From a virus (Duplodnaviria; Caudoviricetes), in the IMG/VR virus record IMGVR_UViG_3300028591_000087, positions 32,001 through 96,000 of that record: a DNA stretch of 64,000 nucleotides; one strand, given 5' to 3'. The notes beneath the pieces were generated by a model. It was not told the origin of the DNA, searched no databases, and saw only the letters and a program-made list of their open reading frames with translations. The translations under genes and the position numbers were made by a program. Every line of letters starts with the position of its first letter. Positions within the stretch are counted from its first letter, which is position 1. This document shows, one piece after another, positions 9,317 to 17,737 of this stretch.

Positions 9317-9681
9317 GGTATCAACCCTTTCTCCGTTTGTGAGGTTCGGCTCCTCTTGATTACGTGGTTATTATACCACAGGTTGTGGGGCTTGTCAACC
9401 CCTTTTTTCGGATCCCGGGCGATTAGCCTTGGCCTTCGGCTTTTGGTGCGCTACTCCATCGCCCGGGCGCCTTCCTCAGGGGAGCGCTCCCCTTTCGGTG
9501 AGATTATAATACCATAATTATGTTACAGATCAATAACAGAAGTATCACATTTAGGACATAACTTTATGAACTTTTTGTAACAATTTTGGATCCAAAAACC
9601 TGTAGACCTACCCCTAACGCAAATCCCGATCTTTCACGACTGCATAGCGGCCGTGAAAGATCGGCTCAGAAAAAGGCTCGC

Positions 9682-9828
9682 CTAATGGCGAGCCAAAGCC
9701 TTGTCAATCTGATTGCAAATCATCGGACCGAACAGATAGGTCAGCGCTGGCACCGCCCCGCACCAAATCCAGATTTCCGCAATTTGCAGTGACCATTTAT
9801 ACAGACCATACAGCGCAGGAAACATCAT
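9682..9828 (-). CDS. Small hydrophobic protein (48 aa) ending at TAG
   Basis: Hand-translated MMFPALYGLYKWSLQIAEIWIWCGAVPALTYLFGPMICNQIDKALARH*; GGAGGG RBS; the TAG lies inside a terminator hairpin. Confidence 0.55.
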   Translation of the reverse strand: MMFPALYGLYKWSLQIAEIWIWCGAVPALTYLFGPMICNQIDKALARH

Positions 9829-9831
9829 TTT

Positions 9832-10173
9832 TTATCCCTCCATTTCTTTCAGTTGATCCCGGGCATCGTCCAGTTCCTTCACCAGTTTGTCGATCCGGTT
9901 TTTCAGATTCTTGATTTTTTCTTTCTTGCGCTTGACCAGTTCCGGGTTTACCCGTTCTTTGACCATGTCGCAAATGGTGTCATACTCAGCTTCGTTGTAG
10001 TCGGTTTCCATTTCTGAGATCATACAGGCGGACAGGACGTATTCATCGAAGCTTTCAATGATGTCGCTGTCGTTCGGCAGTTCTTCCAGATCCGTACAGT
10101 AGGAATCAAGAAAGTCCTCAATCTGCCGATCATTTACTGCATAGGTGTTCAGATACGTGACATTCAGTGCCAT
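9832..10173 (-). CDS. Acidic N-terminus plus coiled-coil hypothetical protein
   Basis: AGGAAGG RBS before MALNVTY; own promoter. Confidence 0.7.
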   Translation of the reverse strand: MALNVTYLNTYAVNDRQIEDFLDSYCTDLEELPNDSDIIESFDEYVLSACMISEMETDYNEAEYDTICDMVKERVNPELVKRKKEKIKNLKNRIDKLVKELDDARDQLKEMEG

Positions 10174-10295
10174 AGGGTTTACCTTCCTTTCTTTTGATAA
10201 CACAGGGTTGCCCTGTTTCAGCGAGGACAGGGTTTGATTGATTTACCTCGCCCCTGTGTGATTATCTTACCATACTTTCGACCGCTTGTCAAGCC

Positions 10296-10436
10296 TTATG
10301 CGAAAGATTTTGCAAAGCGGTTCAGACGCCGGCGGTCAATCCGATCCATGCGCTTGCGGAGCTTGCGGGAGTTGGTGTGCCGGGTCAGGTTGGTGGAAGC
10401 GGGCTTGCAAGCGCCCTTCGTGGTGGTGCGAGTCAT
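10296..10436 (-). CDS. Small Arg-rich protein (46 aa)
   Basis: Hand-translated MTRTTTKGACKPASTNLTRHTNSRKLRKRMDRIDRRRLNRFAKSFA; AAGGAG RBS, own promoter. Confidence 0.6.
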   Translation of the reverse strand: MTRTTTKGACKPASTNLTRHTNSRKLRKRMDRIDRRRLNRFAKSFA

Positions 10437-10607
10437 TCGGATCAGCTCCTTTCTCTCTGTGACTATACTATACCAGATACAGGATCATTTGTCAAGCCCT
10501 TTTATGCCCTATTTTCGCTGTTTTTCTGCTGAAATCTCTTAAAATCTCTAAATTCCGAGCGTTTGCGGCCACGCAGCGACCGCAAACGCTCGGCTCAGAG
10601 GTTTGGC

Positions 10608-11135
10608 TCACCGCCAAACCTCATCCTCGCCGGCATCCCAGGCGTAGTCAATCACGCATACCTTGCCATTGCGGTATCCCACATTGGAACTGTGCAGGTC
10701 ATTGACATTGTACCAGAGCCATTTCCGTTCCTCGTCGGTGCAGTAGTTATCCCAACTCCGGCTCTCATCACCAACGTGGTCTACCCGGGGCATGATAGAG
10801 AACTTGATGCCGTTATATTCACCCTGAGTCACTTTCGCCAACAGGTGAGCCATACCTTCGGCTTCGGCTCTTGCATACACACGGGCTTCAGATTCATTGT
10901 TACCCGCCTGACCGTCCGACCATGCGCCTTCGGGCATCATGTCGAACTTGATAACGTAGTCGGCACGGATCACGGCGAAGCGGGACACGCCATGGGCAGT
11001 GCGGAGTTTCAAAATGTGATAGGTGTTATAGTAGTCAACAGCATACTGGAAGTCGTCAAGAGTCACGCAACCATAGAACAGGGTTGCAAGCCGATGGGCG
11101 AACCGGAGGGCGCGAGCTTCGTAAGTGGTGGTCAT
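10608..11135 (-). CDS. Protein-kinase-like fold phosphotransferase
   Basis: GVSR, YVIKF (beta3 Lys), NxxE, DLHSSN catalytic loop, IDYA (DFG equivalent). Confidence 0.65.
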   Translation of the reverse strand: MTTTYEARALRFAHRLATLFYGCVTLDDFQYAVDYYNTYHILKLRTAHGVSRFAVIRADYVIKFDMMPEGAWSDGQAGNNESEARVYARAEAEGMAHLLAKVTQGEYNGIKFSIMPRVDHVGDESRSWDNYCTDEERKWLWYNVNDLHSSNVGYRNGKVCVIDYAWDAGEDEVWR

Positions 11136-11305
11136 TGGATCAACTCCTCTCTGTGACTATACTATACCACATACGGGCGTAGCTGTCAAGTGGTTTTTAC
11201 GCTAATTTTCAAAACTTTTTTTCTGGATCCCTGTGGTAGCGTGAAAACGGGTCATTCGCGGTCACTGGTGACCGCGAATGACCCGCCAAATGAAAAAGCG
11301 GGGCA

Positions 11306-11494
11306 TCAGCCCCGCATCAGATTGTACAGTTCCCGCTCGACAAGCCAGGTTTCCCGGTCGAGTTCCTCGGTGCGAACTCGTGAGTCAACCCGCCCTTCAG
11401 AGTCCCAAGTTCCGTGCGGGTTCATGTCGGTGCGGTAGTAGTGGGTTGTCCGGGTCTCGATTTCGGTGACGGTGGTGAAGATGATTTCAGGCAT
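11306..11494 (-). CDS. Small hypothetical protein
   Basis: GAGGAG RBS before MPEIIF; own promoter. Confidence 0.6.
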   Translation of the reverse strand: MPEIIFTTVTEIETRTTHYYRTDMNPHGTWDSEGRVDSRVRTEELDRETWLVERELYNLMRG

Positions 11495-11550
11495 TGCGTT
11501 TCGCTCCTCTCTTGATCTTGTCATTATTATACCAGACCCGGAGGGGATTG

Positions 11551-11994
11551 TCAATCCCTTCCGAAAAAATCCCTTTCAAACGCTTTTGCTTGTTTCCGGT
11601 GGTCGGGATCCATCAGCCAACAGATTGCCCAACAGGTAGCGAGCATTTCATAGGGAATCAGCTGATAGGCGTACTGGTCAGAACCGGCTTTGGCGACTTG
11701 TTCGGCGTAGACAGTGCCGTTAAAGTTGTCCCGGGTGGCGAAGTGTCCGCACTCATGCAGGATGCTGATAGTCACATCAGCGAAGCCCCGGGCGAGAGGA
11801 CAACGGGCAACGAAGTCAGCGCGGAAGATGTGGTCAGTGTCCTTTTTGGCGAACAGATCAGCAGGCACGGACAGGCGCATAGTGTCCTCTTCAGACTCAA
11901 CAGCCCAATCATCACGCTTACGCGGGATCACGGGGCGAACACCTGTCACCAGTTCCACGAAGTTACGGATTGCAGTCAGCTGAGTCATCATCAA
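11551..11994 (-). CDS. HExxH zincin-like protein
   Basis: LHECGH plus YEMLAxxWA. Confidence 0.6.
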   Translation of the reverse strand: MMMTQLTAIRNFVELVTGVRPVIPRKRDDWAVESEEDTMRLSVPADLFAKKDTDHIFRADFVARCPLARGFADVTISILHECGHFATRDNFNGTVYAEQVAKAGSDQYAYQLIPYEMLATCWAICWLMDPDHRKQAKAFERDFFGRD

Positions 11995-12039
11995 GCACCT
12001 TCCTTTCTACAAGTATTATACCAAATGACGGATCAGCCG

Positions 12040-12450
12040 TCAAGTATTTTTTGAGTAAAAGCACCATTTTTCAGAAAAGATGTATTCAAGCTGAAAGCCC
12101 AGTTTTTCAAGAGTGTGGCGCATTGCCCCATTATCAACCCACGGAGTGCAACCGACTTTTTCCCCGGGAACTTGCGCCGAAACATACTTGAGCATTTCTT
12201 GGGCGTATCCTTTGCCCTGATTCCTTTTGTTGGGAACGCAAAGCCGTTTCATTGCCCAATAATTGTTGGAATCGTCCCAAACAAGGGAAAGCATTGCAAC
12301 AATTTTACCCTTGTCATTTTCCATGATGTATTGTCTACCAAAAATTACATCCCAACGCACGTGCTCTGTAGTGATGTAACTAATGTGTTTATTTTGGATG
12401 CAACGCACGATCCGAGCGAAGTCAAAAGCATCAGCCTTACGAATTTCCAT
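12040..12450 (-). CDS. GNAT-family acetyltransferase
   Basis: MEIRKA start, RLCV..NQGKGYA acetyl-CoA motif, N..M..LEKLGF. Confidence 0.8.
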   Translation of the reverse strand: MEIRKADAFDFARIVRCIQNKHISYITTEHVRWDVIFGRQYIMENDKGKIVAMLSLVWDDSNNYWAMKRLCVPNKRNQGKGYAQEMLKYVSAQVPGEKVGCTPWVDNGAMRHTLEKLGFQLEYIFSEKWCFYSKNT

Positions 12451-12608
12451 GGTTCCCACCTCCACGGATAGTGTATCACAAACGGGATCAGCTGTCAAGC
12501 ACTTTTTTTATGCAATTCGCATGAATAATTATGCAATCCCTCAGCTGATCTAAACTCTGGGCGCTGACTGCTGCAAAGCGGCCGTCAGCGCCCAGCCAAA
12601 ATGGTCGG

Positions 12609-12845
12609 TTAAAAACACCGACCATTTATAACGCACTGATTTGCAAAGGAGCTATGCCTATGCTGAGCGCAAACTTTGATGGCTTCCCAAGTAGGCTGTA
12701 AGCGTACAACATCAACCAAGGTATCGCCATCCTTTACGCCCCATGCCACAGCTTTACCAAGGGCACGATTGCCCCATAGGTATTCGTAATGCCGGTACAG
12801 CTCAAAGCCGTCATCAGCTTCCCAAGTGATCCGATAGAGTTTCAT
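12609..12845 (-). CDS. Hypothetical protein
   Basis: AGGAGG RBS, own promoter. Confidence 0.65.
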   Translation of the reverse strand: MKLYRITWEADDGFELYRHYEYLWGNRALGKAVAWGVKDGDTLVDVVRLQPTWEAIKVCAQHRHSSFANQCVINGRCF

Positions 12846-12917
12846 CAGTCATTTCCTCCTAATCTCTTGATCTGTAAGTATTATATCAAATCATTGTCTG
12901 ATTGTCAACAACTTTTT

Positions 12918-13226
12918 TCAGCAGTAGGCAAGCGCCATATCCCGCCACCGCAGAACGCTGATCTGATTGCAAGCGCGGCCAACTTCCATCGCTTCGCGTT
13001 TGGTGTTGACGCGGTGGCTCTTGTCGATGTAGTAGATCCCGCCCGCGTACCAGATCCCGCAGTTGCCATCATAAGCCTTGACAGCTTCAATGGCTTCCCG
13101 CGCCGTATGGCACTCAACACCTTCAGTTGCGACTTGCCATCCGGTCTTATAGGTGATTTTGCGTCCAGCTTTCAGGGTGAGGCCATCGTTTTCGCTCAGC
13201 TTCGTAATGCTCCGGATGTTGATCAT
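12918..13226 (-). CDS. Hypothetical protein
   Basis: AAGGAGG RBS, own promoter. Confidence 0.7.
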   Translation of the reverse strand: MINIRSITKLSENDGLTLKAGRKITYKTGWQVATEGVECHTAREAIEAVKAYDGNCGIWYAGGIYYIDKSHRVNTKREAMEVGRACNQISVLRWRDMALAYC

Positions 13227-13305
13227 GGTAGTTACCTCCTTGCTTTCCTTGACTATACTATACCAGATCCGGACATAATTGTCAAGGGTTTTTGAAAATT
13301 ATTTT

Positions 13306-13506
13306 TCAAGCCTTGATTTCGTTTACTGCCTTGCTAAAGCTGATAAACAGGTCGGTTTCCCAAAAGACTTTGAACCCCATCAGCACATATTGACGCTTCA
13401 TGCACTCAAACATTTCAGCGGAGAACACGCAGTGCTGACCATTGCTGATGGTTTCATAACCGCCGTTGACCTTGAAGAAGCTGTAGCTTTTGATTTCGTA
13501 CTTCAT
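13306..13506 (-). CDS. Hypothetical protein
   Basis: AGGAGG RBS before MKYEIKSY. Confidence 0.65.
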   Translation of the reverse strand: MKYEIKSYSFFKVNGGYETISNGQHCVFSAEMFECMKRQYVLMGFKVFWETDLFISFSKAVNEIKA

Positions 13507-13732
13507 GGGGTTGACCTCCTGTCTCTTACTGTAGTAAGTATAGCACATTAGGGACAGCTTGTCAACCACTTTGAGCACATTTTTCTAAAACTTTTTTTTC
13601 CTGATCCCACACACAAGCCAAACACTGGCCTTTGACGACTGCGCAGCGGCCGTCAAAGGCCAGCCAAAAAGAAACCCTCCCGCCGAGAGGAGGAGGAAAA
13701 GCGGGAGGGGGCTACGTCAATTTTTGGGGGGA

Positions 13733-13906
13733 TCAGCCCTCAACCCGGAGGGCGATCCCGCCGATCTCCCGAGCCTGCGCCCGGGCTTCATCTTCGGTGT
13801 ACCAAGCACCATAGAACCACAGCTCTCCTTCATAGGGGTTGGCGGTAATCCAAGCGTAATCAGTAACGTTGGCGGGCAGGTTGTTGACGGTGGCGATCAG
13901 TTTCAT
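13733..13906 (-). CDS. Small hypothetical protein
   Basis: AGGAGG RBS before MKLIATV. Confidence 0.65.
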   Translation of the reverse strand: MKLIATVNNLPANVTDYAWITANPYEGELWFYGAWYTEDEARAQAREIGGIALRVEG

Positions 13907-13961
13907 TCTCAGTACCTCCTGTTTCTTACTGTAGTCATTATACCAGATTGGGGAGGGGTTG

Positions 13962-14402
13962 TCAACCCCTTTCCGCAATCTTTTTCAGAATTTCCACAAT
14001 TTTTTCCGGCTCGTAAGCACCGGCTCCCCAGTTGATCCGGTTTGGTTCTTCATCGTCAAAGAGGATCCCGCCACCAGTTGCAACCCGCTTATCAGTGCCG
14101 TAGGCAACAACCTTGATTTCGTTCCAAGTGACCGACCGGAAGTGTTCTCCGAGCCAAGCCTTTTTGGCTTCGGCAACCCGCTCGTTGTATTCGGCAGTTC
14201 CGGTTTTAGCCGTCCAAGAGATGATTCCGATCTCATGCCCGCAAGCCTGAACCTTATTCAGGTACCGAGCAATCAAGGACAGGTTTCCGATCCCTTTGGC
14301 TTCGGTGTAGGGGCGAGTGTCCATAGCCCGCAGGGCAGGAAGCCAATCAGCTACTCCGTAGAGGTCGGCGATTGTGCCGTCCATGTCAAACCAGATCTTC
14401 AT
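13962..14402 (-). CDS. HAD 5'(3')-deoxyribonucleotidase-like protein, paralog 2
   Basis: WFDMDGT...GGGILFDDEEPNR; highly similar to 6511-6948. Confidence 0.8.
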   Translation of the reverse strand: MKIWFDMDGTIADLYGVADWLPALRAMDTRPYTEAKGIGNLSLIARYLNKVQACGHEIGIISWTAKTGTAEYNERVAEAKKAWLGEHFRSVTWNEIKVVAYGTDKRVATGGGILFDDEEPNRINWGAGAYEPEKIVEILKKIAERG

Positions 14403-14648
14403 CAGTGGGTCACCTTCCTTTCCGTGTCTATAATATACCATAGGTCAACCCATTTTGCAAGGGGTTGTGAGCAGGTTTAAGAATTTTGTAACAATTGTTA
14501 ACAAAGTTGTAACATTTGGGATCCGATAGATTTTTACAATTTGGCGGCCTCTCAAGATGTAAAATCTGGTCAATGGCTGATAGCGCAAACTCGGTTCGTG
14601 CGCTGGCAAGGCGCCCGCGCACGAACCGCCAAAAAGAAAAGGGCGGGA

Positions 14649-14804
14649 TCACCGGGCAAACCCGTAGTGATCCCGCACCCACCAGGTCTCTCCGGTGGCG
14701 ATCATCATCGCCAAGCAGTATAGCTCGGCGTCCTCATAAGAGTCGAAGCAGATGCTTCCGGTGATGAAGCCCCGATCTACTGTGTACCAAACGCTGAAGT
14801 TCAT
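14649..14804 (-). CDS. Small hypothetical protein (51 aa)
   Basis: Hand-translated MNFSVWYTVDRGFITGSICFDSYEDAELYC...; GGAGG RBS, own promoter. Confidence 0.6.
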   Translation of the reverse strand: MNFSVWYTVDRGFITGSICFDSYEDAELYCLAMMIATGETWWVRDHYGFAR

Positions 14805-14851
14805 TGCTGTTACCTCCCTCTCTTGATGGCTTTATTATACCAGATCCCGGA

Positions 14852-15019
14852 TCATTTGTCAACACTTTTTTTCACAACATTTTTCAACAAGTTGCTTTCT
14901 AAAGTGTCGTTAAACATCATAAACTTGACCATTTTCAGATGGTCTGTCATCGGGCAATTCGGATATTTTTTCATCATAGTATCAAAATACATTTTGATTT
15001 CTTCCTCTGTATACATCAT
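14852..15019 (-). CDS. Small hypothetical protein
   Basis: GGAGG RBS before MMYTEEEIK. Confidence 0.55.
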   Translation of the reverse strand: MMYTEEEIKMYFDTMMKKYPNCPMTDHLKMVKFMMFNDTLESNLLKNVVKKSVDK

Positions 15020-15102
15020 CGTTCGTTCCTCCCTTTCTCCATTTCGATGATTATATATTAGCACATCTTTTCCGGATTGTCAACACTTTTTGCGGAACTG
15101 GA

Positions 15103-15234
15103 TCAGTGTTTGCTGATCCAGTTTTCCGCACCCGTGCGGGACTTGAAGGTTTTCACCAACACTTCCCGCCACTCCGTGCAGGCATACACGCCATAGCGTC
15201 CGCCCGCCAGTTCACGTACCTTGTAGCTCGTCAT
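15103..15234 (-). CDS. 43-aa protein, near-identical paralog of 15552-15683
   Basis: MTSYKVRELAGGRYGVYACTEWREVLVKTFKSRTGAENWISKH. Confidence 0.75.
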   Translation of the reverse strand: MTSYKVRELAGGRYGVYACTEWREVLVKTFKSRTGAENWISKH

Positions 15235-15370
15235 TGTTTCTTACCTCCCTCTCTTGATGGCTTAATTATACCAGATGTACCCGCATCCGTCAAGCACTTT
15301 TTTGTCGATTTTAGAATTTTGTAACAATTTTAACATTTTTGTAACAATTGATTTTTTTAGTAAAATTTAC

Positions 15371-15456
15371 AGTTACATCAGCTTAGTTACATGGTTACAT
15401 CAGTTTAGTTACATGCGGGATCCGGGATGTAACTGTTACATGGCGGCCATGTAACT
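15371..15456. repeat. GTTACAT/ATGTAAC inverted repeat cluster 1
   Basis: Four GTTACAT, then GCGGGAT, then inverted ATGTAAC copies. Confidence 0.8.
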
Positions 15457-15551
15457 GAAAATTTTACACGACTGCCCACTTACATAAACTCGGTGCGCTG
15501 TCGGCCGCAATGACCGACAGCGCACCGCCGATCAAAAGGAAAAGACCCGGA

Positions 15552-15683
15552 TCAGTGCTTGCTGACCCAGGTCTCAGCCCCGGTGCGGGTCTTAAAGGTC
15601 TTGATGAGGACCTCGCGCCACTCCGTGCACGCATACACTCCGAACCGTCCACCCGCGATCTCCCGAACCTTGTAGCTAGCCAT
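15552..15683 (-). CDS. 43-aa protein, paralog of 15103-15234
   Basis: MASYKVREIAGGRFGVYACTEWREVLIKTFKTRTGAETWVSKH. Confidence 0.75.
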   Translation of the reverse strand: MASYKVREIAGGRFGVYACTEWREVLIKTFKTRTGAETWVSKH

Positions 15684-15790
15684 CTTAGTTACCTCCTGTT
15701 TCTTACTGTAGTCATTATACCAGATGCCCTTTTGTTTGTCAACCCTTTTTTTGAAAACTTTTTTAATTTTTTTTCGCCGTTCGGTGCGGA

Positions 15791-16192
15791 TCAGATCCGC
15801 ACCGCTTCGCCCTTCGTGGTCAAGGTGATGGCTTCGTAACCTGCCTTGATCCATTGCCGGGTGTTGGCTGTATCATCATCAATCAGGATTCCGGCTTCGC
15901 GGATGTTGTCAACCTTGCGACCCTTGTTGATAATGATGATGTGCGCTTCGTCCATTTCCGGAACAAACTTTGCGAGCCATTCAACCTTGCCCTGCGCGCC
16001 ATCGGCGTTGGCGGCCTTCGTGAGGATGTAGCAGGTGTGACCGTCACGGATCAGCTTGCGGAGAGTGTTGACGTTGTCCACGAATGGCTCAAGGTTCGCC
16101 ATGGCTTCGCGCTTGAGAGCGACAGCGTGGTCATTCGCGTATGCCTTGTGGAAGTTCGTGAGCACTCCGTCCATGTCCCAGTAGTAAGTCAT
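15791..16192 (-). CDS. HAD 5'(3')-deoxyribonucleotidase-like protein, divergent paralog 3
   Basis: WDMDGVL, ILT, K, GILIDD. Confidence 0.75.
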   Translation of the reverse strand: MTYYWDMDGVLTNFHKAYANDHAVALKREAMANLEPFVDNVNTLRKLIRDGHTCYILTKAANADGAQGKVEWLAKFVPEMDEAHIIIINKGRKVDNIREAGILIDDDTANTRQWIKAGYEAITLTTKGEAVRI

Positions 16193-16337
16193 CGTGGCGT
16201 CCTCCTCTCTTGATCTGATAAGAGTATACCACAAAAAGGGTCACATTGCAAGCCCTTTTGCTAAAAAAATAATATTTTTTTTCTATTAAGTTTTGTTAAC
16301 AAAGCTGTAACAATTGAGCAGTTGTGCTAATTGCACA

Positions 16338-16424
16338 GTTACATCACAGCTGTAGTATAGTTACATGTGGGATCAGCTGTGTAACTGTTTAGCTGTGGTC
16401 ATGTAACTGTAAAAAGTGTGTAAC
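16338..16424. repeat. GTTACAT/TGTAAC inverted repeat cluster 2
   Basis: Same layout as 15371-15456, centred on GTGGGAT. Confidence 0.75.
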
Positions 16425-16509
16425 TACTCATTAGCGCGAATACGGCTCTCGCACTGCCAGAATGGCCGTGCGCGAGCCGCCAATAAAAAAAGGGCTTTCG
16501 CCCTTGGTG

Positions 16510-16680
16510 TCACAGGTAGATCTCTTTACCTTCGCACCGGATGATGTAGCTCTCTTCGCAGGTGGCGCGAGCTTCGAACTCTTCCACCCAAGAGGTCAGC
16601 TCCTCGATGCTCGTGGTGGTGAATTCCAGTTCGGTAGGCTTCATTCCTTCGTAGTTGGTGTAGATCTCGTAAGTCTTCAT
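16510..16680 (-). CDS. Small acidic protein (56 aa)
   Basis: Hand-translated MKTYEIYTNYEGMKPTELEF...; GAGGAGG RBS. Confidence 0.65.
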   Translation of the reverse strand: MKTYEIYTNYEGMKPTELEFTTTSIEELTSWVEEFEARATCEESYIIRCEGKEIYL

Positions 16681-16794
16681 TGGTTTGTCCTCCTCTTAGT
16701 TAGTGTCCCTCTTGACACTGTTAGTATAACACATTGGCCCCTTAATGTCAACACTTTTTGCAAATTTTTTTATATTTTTTTCGCTGGGCTGGGA

Positions 16795-17151
16795 TCACCA
16801 TTCCCAGCCCATCCAGTCAGCTACACCCGCCGGCGTCAGTTCTCCCATCAAGCGCACATCCATGACCTCATCTTCTTCTTCTCTCTCCCCGCTGAGGTCA
16901 AGCATTGTCAGCCGGGCAAGGTCACCAATGTGCCAGTACTCGCCGTTTCCATTATCTTCGAACCATGCCCACATCTCGCCATCAGCATCAACAGCTGTCA
17001 CTTCCCAACAGCCGGGGAAGGCAATCCGCATCTCAGTGACTACTGCGTCAATCTCATAGGTTTTACTCTCAGCTGATGCAGGGATGGCGCAGGCGCAAGC
17101 GATGATGATGGCGCAGGTGATGGCGGTGGCGATAACAATCAGTTTCTTCAT
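16795..17151 (-). CDS. Exported or membrane-anchored acidic protein
   Basis: MKK plus hydrophobic signal peptide with ASA cleavage-like site. Confidence 0.7.
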   Translation of the reverse strand: MKKLIVIATAITCAIIIACACAIPASAESKTYEIDAVVTEMRIAFPGCWEVTAVDADGEMWAWFEDNGNGEYWHIGDLARLTMLDLSGEREEEDEVMDVRLMGELTPAGVADWMGWEW

Positions 17152-17233
17152 GGTGGTTGTCCCCTTTCTTTTGATGGCTTATTATAGCACACTTTTTCTG
17201 ATCCTGTCAAGCTCTTTTCTGAGCTGATGAGGA

Positions 17234-17446
17234 TTAATCATCCTCATCAGCTTCGACTGCCTTGATGCCCCAGTCAGCGACGTGATAGACCATCCTGCCA
17301 TACTCTTTGGCTTTCTCAGCCCGTTCGTATTTGGTGTTGATCCGATCAGCGTAAGCCCGGGCTTTCTCTTCAGTGGTGAAGTAGTGGGGCTCAGTAGCGT
17401 CATTTTCGAAGCGGTTCATCACGTTCACGATCCAGATCTTAGTCAT
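17234..17446 (-). CDS. Small hypothetical protein
   Basis: GAGGAGG RBS before MTKIWIV. Confidence 0.65.
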   Translation of the reverse strand: MTKIWIVNVMNRFENDATEPHYFTTEEKARAYADRINTKYERAEKAKEYGRMVYHVADWGIKAVEADEDD

Positions 17447-17554
17447 TGTTTTCTTCCTCCTCTTATTTGGTGTCCCTCTTGACACTGTTAGTATACTACA
17501 TTAGGCTGTTATTGTCAAGCCTTTTTGAAACTTTTTTCAAAGTTTTTTTAAGGC

Positions 17555-17737
17555 TTAGGCATCACGATACAGTTCATCGCCCAGCCAGATTTCATAGCCT
17601 TCTTCAGCATCGGCATCGTACCAGCCAGCGCCGTCGGTTTCGGCTTCGATGTAAGCAACGGCTTCAGCTTCGGTGGCGAAGATGTCAACCAGTTCGTAAG
17701 ACCCGCAGGTGGTGAAGTAGACTTCGTAGCAATCCAT
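17555..17737 (-). CDS. Small highly acidic protein
   Basis: GAGGAGG RBS; 17 D/E versus 1 R in 60 aa. Confidence 0.7.
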   Translation of the reverse strand: MDCYEVYFTTCGSYELVDIFATEAEAVAYIEAETDGAGWYDADAEEGYEIWLGDELYRDA

